Of a DNA stretch of 64,000 nt, positions 34,474 to 46,842 are shown piece after piece; position 1 is the stretch's first letter; each line of letters starts with the position of its first letter. The position numbers were made by a program, and so were the translations under genes. The stretch is from Octopus sinensis (lineage: Eukaryota): contig NC_042998.1 of assembly GCF_006345805.1 (NCBI RefSeq), forward strand, positions 56,544,001 through 56,608,000, given 5' to 3'. Under the pieces are notes generated by a model. That model saw only the letters and a program-made list of their open reading frames with translations, was not told where the DNA came from and ran no database searches.

Positions 34474-37400
34474 CTTTTAGAAAAAAAAAAAAGAAAAGAA
34501 AAAATAGCAAACAGCCAGGCATTTAGAAATTCATTTAACTGAGTATAATTAATGCTATTTATTAATTGGGGAAGATAATGTGACTCTTGAATGTATGTGT
34601 AGTGCATCATGCAGGCATGGTGTGGATTCGATCCTCAATCACCAAATTTCACTTAACAGTTCAACAGCACTTTTCTCATAATAAAACAAATAGTTACATT
34701 TGCCAGATGCCTTTGCTATGCAGAATAATGTCTTTGCCACTTGACTTTTCTAACCTCTTCTAGGCCACCAAAAGCTAGAATAGAGATAACAGACCGCCAA
34801 CGAAATCTATTGTTCTCAACAATATGTCTATCCTTCTGGCTGGTTTTGGATAGTTATAAAAACAAGAACTCTGTAAGCCAAAGTCAGTTGGTGAGAACTG
34901 AGTCTGGTTGACTGGCTGAACAAAATGCTGTCTCTAAAGGAAAAGGCACAAAGGGACAACTATGGTAACTCACCAACAAAGCAATTGTTCGTCCCACCAC
35001 TCACTCTCTGTAACATTACCATATCTCTCTATATATACTACTATGAGGTCGTGTACACACATACCGGCCAAAATTAACTCTTTTTACCTCACATGCATTT
35101 CCATTTCCTAGTTATACATACCAACATGTCATGGTTTTGGACATATACAAAGTAACAGTAAATAAATATTTCTTTACAACTTCAATCACTATTCTTCCAT
35201 CTTGCATACTGGCAACCAAACAACAACCGTTAGAATTGGTGACCCCCGACTACATCTAAAAACATAACTGTTACATATGTAAATATAGTTTAATAAGGCT
35301 ATAGTGGTACAAACTACAGGAGTTGTGCTTGACCTACTAGAAATAACAGCTCCTTCAGATCATACCCAGCCACTTTGGGAAAAACAATGACACACTGTAT
35401 AATGTCTTACATTCTTCAAAAACAACGGGAAGGAACATGAAGTATTCTTAGCATCATTATGGAAAGATGTACCTCCACTGCCATACTAATCCCACAAGGA
35501 TAAATGGCTTGGTACCTAAATCTCACCTCCTACATAATGCCAGAAAGACACCTCCTGCCAACATATTAGAGACACCCTGCCTGTCTGTGCCTGCTTTAGA
35601 CCATGAAGGCAGCCAGAGAAATTCCAAAAATTATGGAGAGATGCAGCTTCACAGCCATAGCAAAGGTGATTATCTTATTTCTTTATTGCCCACAAGGGGC
35701 TAAATATAGAGGGGTCAAACAAGGACAGACAAAGGGATTAAGTCGATTACATCGACCCCAGTGCGTAACTGATACTTAATTTATCGACCCCCCAAAAGGA
35801 TGAAAGGCAAAGTCGACCGTGGCGGAATTTGAACTCAGAACGTAGCGGCAGACGAAATGCCGTTAAGCATTTCGCCTGACGTGCTAACGCTTCTGCCAGC
35901 TCACTGCCAAAGGTGATTATCTTAAACACTGAATAAACTGAACAAATCAAAGATCGATGAAAAAGACTCTTTTCTAACTGCATGGAAGAGATGTGGACAC
36001 TGCAATCTGCATGAAGGCATCATCATCATTTAATATTCAAAGCAGTAACCCTAAATAAAATTTGATTGTATAGAGGGGACACTTTAGTTCTAACAGAGAG
36101 TTTCTCTAGTGCTGGTGGAATGATGAAATCCATTGCCCAGTTTAACTTGACCACCTTAACTTGGTGCCTTAAGTGTAGTTCACTGCTACAAAAATCTGGG
36201 CCAATCTTCCAGTTTGGGGATAACTTTTACCCTTCCTCCCACCAGTCTTAGAGTCCTTTATGTCTAGAGTACTATCCTTCCTTCTCTGATTAAAGTATTA
36301 CAAATATTAAAAGAAGAGTACATTATCCAATGTGTCCTTTTCGTAAAGTTGAAGGGTGTGATTTCTGAGTGAAATTTGTTAACTCTAACAGGTAAAGACT
36401 TTGTTGTTGGGTCAGTTTTCTCAATATCTATTATTGTAGGCTGCAAGGAGATAAAATAGTAGAAAAAATCTTTCAGAAAATTAAATTATTTTAAATTTTA
36501 ACTTACCTGTTTACTGGCAATAATTAACCATGGAATAGTATCCAAATACTGGTTGGCTTTGACAAGTTTATTCAGCTCATCTTTAGCAAGGTCTACAAGT
36601 TTAGCATCAGTTGAATCAATAACATAAAGCAAAAGATTTGTTCCATCAATGTAACGGCCCCAGTGTGGTCGAAGGTTTGGTGCACCACCAACTGAAAATA
36701 AGTCAGATACAGGTGTAGTTAGGTAATTTTTAATGCTAATAATATACAGGGTTAGCTTCACACAACCAACTTTAATCATGTGAAAACTTTCAATGAAGTA
36801 AAGGCACATGAAGCAAACTACAAACTTTAATATTTGATGCAAAAAAATGAAGGTGGCAAGCTGGCAGAATTGTTAGCACACTGGGCAAAATGTTTAGTCA
36901 GTCTTCACATTCTGGCACCAGGCCAGTAGTTTCAGAGGAGAGGGTAAATCAATTACATTGACTCCAGTGTTCAACTGATAATTGCTTTATTGACCCCAAA
37001 ATTTGAAATCAATCATCATCATCATCGTCGTTTAACGTCCGCTTTCCATGCTAGCATGGGTTGGACGGTTTGACTGTGGGCTGGCAAACCAGATGGCTGC
37101 ACTAAGCTCCAGTCTTGATCTGGCAGAGTTTCTACAGCTGAATGCCCTTCCTAACGCCAACCACTCCGAGAGTGTAGTGGGTGCTTTTACATGCCACTGG
37201 TACTGGGGCCAGTCAGGCGGTACTGGCAACAACCTCGCTCGAATTTTTTGGGCCAGACAGGCGATACTGGCAACGACCTCGCTCGAATTTTTTGGGCCAG
37301 ACAGGCGGTACTGGCAACGACCTCGCTCGAATTTTTTGGGCCAGACAGGCGGTACTGGCAACGACCTCGCTTGAATTTTTTTACACATGCCAACAACGGC

Positions 37401-40400
37401 ACAGGTGCCAGTAAGGCAATGCTGGTAACGATCCCGCTCAAATGGTGCTTCCTACATGCCAGCGGCACGGAAGCCAGTTAGCCGCTCTGGCAACGATCAC
37501 GCTCAGATGGTACTCATAGCAATATTTAATGCAAAAAATCTCAGTAACTCCAGTTTTCTTCTGTAGACAGGATTTTAAAGAACTTTAGGCAAAAATATGT
37601 AAGGAACTTTTGTGACATTACTGCATTTTCCAAAGTTAGTAAAGCGTGTCTAGCGAAATTGTTTCAATTTGAAATTGAATTTTGATCATCTACTTGGTCT
37701 AGTAAGAATATAGTATCATATTTTTCCACTCACAATACAACTGTTATAAGAGTAACTCAGAAATAAGAGTTACACTTTAAAGTGGCCATGTCCAACCACC
37801 AGACAAATCACATCTCTAAAATTGTCAACAAGGCTGAGGGTATCTTAGCATTACTCAGTAAGAACTTTGTCAGCCGCTCTCCTGCTATCTATTTAAAGCT
37901 GTCTTTGACTACAGTACATCCATAGTTAGAGTTTGCATCACCAGTCTAGATCAGCATATCAATTTTCTGGAAACTGTTCAGAAACATGCAATGAGATGAA
38001 TACTCAGTCAGGCATCTGCCATACCCTGAACATCTTACTTTCCTGGGCATGCACACATTAAAGCTCTGATGTCTGACAACTGACTTGGTAAACAACTGCA
38101 AGATAATCCACCATCTTTCCAACAACAACCTTGGGCACCGTTTTGAATTCCATATGTCAAACACTTGTGGACACGCTTACAAAATAAAAAAAACAATACA
38201 GCACCCAAGACTTTTGCAAACATTTTTCCGTGCTCAGAATTGCTGAAGCATGGAATAAACTACTTGTATCAGTTGTTAGCTGTCAAGACACTTTATCCTT
38301 CAAAACTCCCATGATTCCTAAAATTCACCAACTGATACCCCAACTTATTTTTTAAACTTATTCACTGTTCACTTCCTGTGCATATTCTATGTACTGTTCC
38401 TGCAGTTTTTGTTACTAGTTCTGATGAGATGTAGTGTACCTGGGCACTATATACAATAATTTCATTATGATATCCATCTGGTTGCGCAACCTGCTTGAAC
38501 CAATGCACATCTTCTACACCAGATGTCCTGGTCTTCCATAGCAGTCTTCATATCCTCAACCGCACATTCAATGTTTTCTACAAGTTGAGGGATACAGCAT
38601 CTTCTCATTCTGCTAATATCTGTATGTCCATGTTTGGGTTTCCAAAGAAGGAAATCATTGGAAATTTCATCCTTGCTTCTCCAGCAGTGTCCTGCATAAC
38701 ACATTCTTCTTTCTCTGATTATCAAGGTGATGGTAGCAAGGAATCTGCCATTCAGTCACTGCTTTGTAGGGTGTTGCTACCAAGATAGATTGAGAACTGC
38801 ATGAAGCATTCATATCAGAATAGACATACCTAAATTTATTCACACATTACCTTTTGGTAACACTCTTTAAAAGTATAAATTACAGAGAATCATGTTTTTT
38901 TCATTTCAAAACTCCAGTTGCTTTTATATGAATATAAAATATTGAATACTTTTAGAATTATGTGTTAAAAGAGTAAAACCTTGGTTATACACTTATGGTT
39001 TCTTCTATTTATCTGTTTCTCGAGTCAATATTCAACCTTTGTGAAGTCGCGTGGCTCAGTGGTTAGAGCGTCGAGCTTACGATCGTGAGGTTGTGAGCTT
39101 GAATCCCGGACAGGGCTGCATGTTATGTTCTTGAGCAAGACACTTTATTTCACGTTGCTCCAGTTCACTCAGCTGTAGAAATGAGTTGCGACGTCACAGG
39201 TGCCAAGCTGTATCGGCCCCTTTGCCTTTCCTCTGGACAACATCGGTGACGTGGAGAGGGGAGACCGGTATGCATGGGCGACTGCTGGTCTTCCATAAAA
39301 CAACCTTGCCCAGACTTGTGCATCAGAGGGTAACTCTCTAGGTGCAAACCCATGGTCAGTGTCTGACTGAAGGGGGTCAAAAAAAAAAAAAAAAAATTCA
39401 ACCTTTACTTCAATACACTATACCTGTTAGGATATACATGAGTCAATGAAGGAGTCACTATGTGGCCGCTCTAACTGCTAGAAATAGCAATAAAATCTTT
39501 CTCAAATAACACTCTCCTACCATTTTATATGAGAACGGAATGTTCATTGCTTTTGATCATAGACCTTTTTGATTAGAGTTAACCTGAGGCTAAACAATCA
39601 CAAGTATAAACTGTAGAACAAAGAAAGTTTTACTTAACTTTGGTAGAAAAGAATTTAGAACAAGATCTGTCTTGGTCAGACTCTATGCCTGAAGGAGCAT
39701 CCTATTATATTCTGATGGTTATAGGTTGGGTTAATTGTTAGAAGTGAAAACTAATAATTGGCTTTCAGTTCATAATTTTTATAATGACATTTATTTCTTT
39801 TCATTAACATAGCAGTAAAAACAGGTAACAGATTCTGTTGCACCTCAAGATAACAAACTCTGATTGTCCAAAGCTTTTTGCCTAATTAATAACTTATTAA
39901 ACCAAAGAAAGGTTATGAACAGAATCATTAGCACACTAGACTTGGTGCATTTCTTCAAGCTCTTTTACAATTTGAGTTCAAATACTGCTGAGGTCAACTT
40001 TGCTTTCCTCACTTTTGAGAGGTCAATACAAAGTTCTGGGCCTAATGTAATTGAATTGCCCCTCCCATCAAAATTGCTGGCCTTGATCTGTTGTACAACA
40101 GTCTAGAAGACTGTTGTGATTTTGGTCACTTAAATGCCATGGAAACTAAGCAAATGGCCTTATGAATCCTAGAGAAAAAAAAAACAACCACAAAGCTCAA
40201 AGAACTCAAAGAACCATAAAGCTATCCAAGTTTTCACAAATGGAATATCTTTTATTTTTCACTCGTTTCAGTCATTAGACTGCAACCATGCTGGGGTACC
40301 ACCTTGGAGAATTTTTAGTCACATGAATTAACCACAGTCAGTACATATTCTTTTAAGCCTAATATTTATTCTAGCAGTTGTTTTTGCTGAAATGCTACGT

Positions 40401-43400
40401 TACAAGAATGTAAATACACCAGCATCAGTTGTCAAGCAGTGGTGAGGGACAAACACACACATATGTATACGATGGAGTTCTTTCAGTTTCTGTCTACCAA
40501 ATCGACTTTATTTAGCCTGAGGGTATAATAGAAGACACTTGCCCAAGGTGCCACACAGTGGAACTGAACTCAGAACCATGTGGCTGTGAAACAAGCTTCT
40601 TACCACACAGGGCCTATGTATGTGTATATTCTAAAACTACATTACACTGTTACTTTGAAAATGTTATTATAATCTTCCTATCTTGTTCAGTTGATGTACT
40701 AAAGGAAGAACACCTTTATAACACAGAATCAAATCTATTAATAACGTTTGTATTGTTTACAGTTCTGTGTAATTAAGAAGAATGATATTGTTAATTTATA
40801 AACGAACAAGAGAAACAATCATTTAAAAGTATGAATATCACAACTTCATATGCCCTCTAAAATATTAAGACTTTGTATCCAGGCAAAAGAAAAAACATGA
40901 CACTAAAAGCACAAAGTATTATGTATCAGTAGAGCTACATAAATTTATATACAGCTTCAGCTTTTGTATTGTATCTTGGGGAGGGGTCTCTGCCCACAAG
41001 CGGGCCAACCAAATGAACAGAAGGATCACTTTTAGGATATTCTTCTGCAGGTAACCTCAAAGACGGCTGACAATGATCTCACCTCTGTGACTGGAGATTT
41101 TAATGGTTATGTCGGACAGCAACCTGGTATCTTCCATGGTGTACATGGAGGCCATGGAGTTGGTACCAGAAATGAAGAGGGAACTAGGCTCCTGCAGTTC
41201 TGCAATGCAAATAACCTATTGATCTGCAAACTAACTTTAGGAAGCTAGCTAACCATCTGATAACCTATCAATCAGGTGACTCTGCTAGCCAGATTGATTT
41301 CATTCTCACCAGACAGCTGGATGCATGATTGCTCTTAAATAAAAAAAGACATACTCTGGTGAAGAATGTACTCCCCAGCATAGACTAGTTATTAGTGACT
41401 TTAGACTCGAGACAGAAGGATACCAAAAAGCAGACCAATCTGAAAAAGAAGGACTTGGAAGCTTAAGAACCCTTCACATGGTCAGAGATTTAGGGATATC
41501 CTTCCCGAGAAATTTGATGGGAGGGAAGAGGAGCTACAGTCCTGTGACATAGAAGGCAGCTGGAAATTCCTGCAAGACAGCTTGCTGAATGCCACAAACC
41601 AAATCTGTGGCTGGTGCAAAGTCCCTTCCTGACCTAGGGTAACCTGGTGGTGGAACAATACTGTAGACAGGGCCATTAGAGCAAAGAAACAGGCTTGGAA
41701 GTCCTGGAAGGGTGGGGGTAGCAGGAGAATGTATCAGATAGCTAAAAGGGAAGCTAGGAGACAGGTATATATAGCCAAGGGAGTAGCAGAAAAGAAGTTT
41801 CCCAATGTTCAGCAACATGAGGACCAAAGAACTGAAGCATTTCGGATTGCAAGACAGTGTGTGAGAGAAAACCGTGATGTCATAGGAGAGAAATGTGTTT
41901 GCATGGATGATAGTGCCCTTGCAATTAATGATTTGGCAAAGAAAGAGGCTTGGAGATGCCATTATGAAAGACTGCTGAATGTGGAGAATGAATAGGAGGA
42001 GGAGAGTCTGCCAAAGGTTAACCCAATTGAGGGACCAGCAACCCGAATCGACAGTACCCTGGTAGATAAAGCAATTAAGGATATGAAGACAGGGAAAGCA
42101 CCAGGCCCATCAGGAATCACTGCTGAGATGCTTAAAATATCAGGCGGTGTGGGTTATGGTCTTGTCACCCGCATTGTAAATCAGGTAGTTCATGAAGGAG
42201 TCATACCCAATGACTAGTGTAGCAGCACCATAGTCAACTGCTACAAGGGGAAGGGTGATGCATTAGATAGAAATAACTACAGGGGTATCAAATTATTAGA
42301 TCAGGTGATGAAAGTTAGAGAGAGGGTCATAGCCCAACTAATTAGGAAGAGAGTTAGCCTAGATGAGATGCAGTTTGGTTTTGTGCCAGGCAGAAGCACC
42401 AGTGGTAAGGCAACTGTACTTGGCTTTTGTTGACTTGGAGAAAGCCTTTGACAGGGTCCCCCTATCCCTTATCTGGTGGTCAATGGACCATTGGTTGGTA
42501 AGAGCTGTACAAGCCCTGTAAAAGGATGTTGTCAGTAAGGTGAGGGATATTAAATGCTTGAAAATGAAGAATATCACTTATATGATGAGAACACTCTTTT
42601 ACAATTATGCATAATGTCAAGCAAGGGAGACACACACAAACACTCATATATTGATGGACTTCTTTCAGTTTCCCTCTACCAAACCTATTCACAAGTTTTT
42701 GGTCACCCTGGGGCTATAGTAGAAAACCCTTTCGCTAAGCAGAATTGAACCTGGAACCATGTGTTTGGGAACCACACATAATAATTCCTGCACCTCCTTA
42801 TTTAGTTTTAGAACAAACAACAGTAATATAAACAAAATATAGAAAAAACAGTATCAAAAGTAGTTTTGAAAATTACCTTCCCAAAAATTGAGAGCTTTTT
42901 CTCCAACTGAAGTTGTCACAACAGAAAACCCCTGTGTTGGAACATATTTTTCTGAGCTCAGTTGATTACTCATGGCTGAGATAAATGTTGTCTTTCCAGC
43001 TTTTTCAACACCAAGCACTAATACTCTTTTTTTATTGTGATCATCTATTCTGGTAGTCTGAATAGAAATAAAAATTGATAGAGAGAATTTAATAGTTACA
43101 GTGGTTTCACATTATAGCATTATAAAAAAAAAAAGAATGCTTAACTTCAAAATAACTAATCCAAATAGTACTTCTGAAAATATACACATGTAACCTTATT
43201 TATCAGTGATTCATTCATCACTGATCCAAGATATCATAGTGTGCTCAATTGTGAACCATGTTATGCTTATCACCGATTGATCTGTGATAACATAGATTAG
43301 CAATCAGTCAAAGATTCTGCTTGTACAACAAAAATGCTCTCCAGCAACCACTCACAATTCTCGGCTACACTAAATGCACTTGTGTTTACACCACCATGCA

Positions 43401-45052
43401 AGTCTATGTTTTATTTGGATTTACATGCTCGAACCCATCAACATGGGTTCAGTGAAAAGAAAGAATATCAACATGCCTGATTCTTCTAACAAACGAGGCA
43501 GATGAGTACATCTTCTACATGAAATGGTGGAGATGATCAATAAAACCATGATGGTTGAAGTGTGGACCTCACATTTGATATCAATTAATCTGCCATTTTT
43601 TCCCAATTACAAAGTGAGTAGAGATAATTCAGTTATCACTAATTCATTTATCACTGTTTTTGTTTTTTTGTTTGTTTTTTTTTCAGAACCAAATCTCCAT
43701 GATAAGTAAGAATAGATGTATTATCATTTAATCAAAGGCATTTCTCTTTCACTGGTTCTTTTTAACAAGAATTTTATCATTGAGAGCATTGAAGCTGGAT
43801 GAAGAAAACTAAAGGGTTATCATTAAGGAATATAGCAATGCAATACAAACCAATTCAACTAAAATTTTAGTGACATCAGTGTTAATAACAATGATTTCTA
43901 ACTTCAGCACAAAAGCAGACTTTTGTGGGGAGGATAAAATCAATCTCCTGGAAACTGTTCAGAAACATGCAACTATATGAATACCTGATATCAGGCATTG
44001 CTAATATTTCAACAGAGACTTGGCATCATATTGGTTTCAGATTTTGGCACAAAGCCAGTAATTTTGCAGGAAAGGCTAAGACAGTTGCATCAACCCCTGT
44101 ACTCAACTGGTACTTATTTTATTGACCCAAAAGGACAAATGGCAAAGTTCATCTTGGCAGAATTTGAGCTCAGAATGTAAGGACAGGTGAAATGCCTTTT
44201 AGGACTCAGCATTATATTAAATGAGAAACTGCAAACCTGTTAACTTTTCAACCACATAATTTTTGCAGTAATTTATCCAGTTTGACAAGAAATGATATAA
44301 TGATTGAAACAAATTCAAGCTGCTGGTCAGCATCATGGCATGCCAAACTTTAAGGGTTTTAGTTTAATTTTCCCCCACCCCTTATGGATAGGAACTAAGA
44401 TTAGGTTACTGGCATGTTTGCCATTTTCAATCAAAAATGAAATGAGAAGATGCTGCCACAGTATAGTTGGGCAAAGGTAGCAAATGTACATTGCTTCCAT
44501 TAGTCTGTTAGTGTTTCTTCATAAATCCAAGGTAACAACTGTTCTTTCGAAAGACTCAATCATACATTTGTAAACTGTATATACCACTCTTTCATTTGAT
44601 TTTAGTGTAACACGCTCCACATTTTATAAACTGCCCTTGCAATGTTCCCTCATCTGTTGCTCTTGTAGTAACAAAAGAATCAGTTATCATTATAATAATT
44701 ATTATTATTATTATTAGGAAGGCAGTTAGCTGGCAGAATCATTAGCACACCAGGCGAAAATGCTTAGCACCATTTCGTCTGTTCTTACGTTCTGAGTTCA
44801 AATCCCACCAAGGTCGACTTTACCTTTCATCCTTGATGAAATAAGTACCAGTCGAGCACTGGAGTCAATGTAATCAACTAGCCCCCTCCTCCAGAGTTTC
44901 AGGCCTTGTGCCTATAGTATAAAGGATTATTATTATTATTATTATTATTAACATCCACTATATGGAAATGAATTGAACATGTCCATAAGTATGTAATGTA
45001 ATGAAAAACCATAGTTATTAGTTTTTGCCTTATTACAAAATTTATAAGGAAC

Positions 45053-45083
<31 letters not shown>

Positions 45084-45954
45084 GTGTGTGTGTAAAATAA
45101 AAAGTCAGCGGGTAGGAGAGATGAATATATTTATTTCACCAGCTGATGTAATTTATGAGAGTTGATGTAACCAGAATATTCTGTTGATCTAAAGAGCTAG
45201 CCTTCTATATCTGAATTGAGTTTTAAATATACACAAGTACTATGCAATTTATAGCATGCATATAAGTGTAGACATGTAGAATAATTTATTACACACTTAT
45301 ATAGGAATTATTATAACGTGATAGAGACTGTGAAATGGTCATCATCCAATGGTTATCAACTGGTGAAATATATTCATCTCTCATACCACCTGCATGCACT
45401 CCTCATAGAATAATTTCATAGACTGGATCTACTGGATTTCAGCTGCATAGGACTCCACATTACACTCAGTATCGGATTACTATGTGGATGTAGCCCAGTC
45501 CACCAGAGGAGCTTTTTTATGATTACCATATATTGCACTACAGATTTATATATATATAGTGTATATTTATATCTATTTATATTTATTTATTTATATCCTC
45601 TTATAATGATTGTACTTATTGTATTGTATTACTCATTCATGTACGCTGTTTTGTTATATATTTTTATGTTTAACCTTAATGTTCTTATGTAGCGGTTTAA
45701 TAAAGTATGTGATTGGGTATTATCTGGTGGTTAATAAATGATTTAGATGTATTTCTCCATTTTCTTATTTTGTATTATTAATTTATGGTAAAAATAATTT
45801 TACCTTTGCCCATGCAATACAATAAATGAATTAATTGCATCACAATTCTTAACATTTATGTATTAACTTTGTTGGGTACTTCACTAGCAGTATATTGGAT
45901 ATATGTTATCCCATGGAGGGTTGAATTTGCAACCCCTATCTCAATTTGTGTATA

Positions 45955-45989
<35 letters not shown>

Positions 45990-46792
45990 GTAGGTATGTT
46001 GGTGCAAACAGGAAAAATAGAATTCAAAATATGAGTATATGTATATTTTTTATTAATATTTAGCAGAAACAACAGAGTGACTGAAGGTCTGAGAGTTTCA
46101 AGTATTGGCATTGATCAAACTAGTTAGTTTGATAAATGCCAACACATGAAACTATCGGACTTTGAGTCACTCTATAGCTTCTATATATATATATATACAT
46201 ATATTGGGCTGGCAAGAAAGTAATTTTGGTTTTTTAGTGTGAAATGAATGTGCAAGGACAGGGCTATATGATGGCTGTGACATCACTTCCCAACCAAGCT
46301 CCAATAATTTTTCATGAGTTAGCAAAGATGTGTGGTCTAGCATTGGATTTGACAATTCTGGCCGTTTTTCTTTGATTGCTTCCTCCAGTTTCATTAGTTG
46401 TTGACAGAAAAACATCTGAATTGATCGTTTGGTTCCTTGGAAGCAGCTCAATATACACATCTTTGTAATTCCACCAAATTGACAGCATGACCTTTTTTTT
46501 TTTTTTATGCAATTCAGCTTTCAACGTCGTTTGTGCTGGCTCATTACGCTTGGACCATAATCGTTTTCGATTGATAATATTGTAGACAATCCATTTTTCA
46601 TGTTCGTTTTTGCACTCCACGTTAAAATTGATACTGAACTAACAGCTATAAACAAAATTACGTGCAACTTGCTTCTAAAGTAAGCTAAAAGTAGCAGCTA
46701 TCAACTATCAAAAGGAAAAAAAATCATAACACTGACAAAAGTCATTCAAAAATTCGTGACTCAGCAAAAACGAAAGGACTTTCTTGCGAAGC

Positions 46793-46842
<50 letters not shown>

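Noticed and set aside
37032-37481. Five overlapping ORFs with repeated peptides
   Set aside because: Produced by the stop-poor 44-bp minisatellite and RTE UTR
39049-39120. tRNA-like sequence
   Set aside because: SINE head: degenerate box B, no acceptor stem, continues into SINE body and poly(A)
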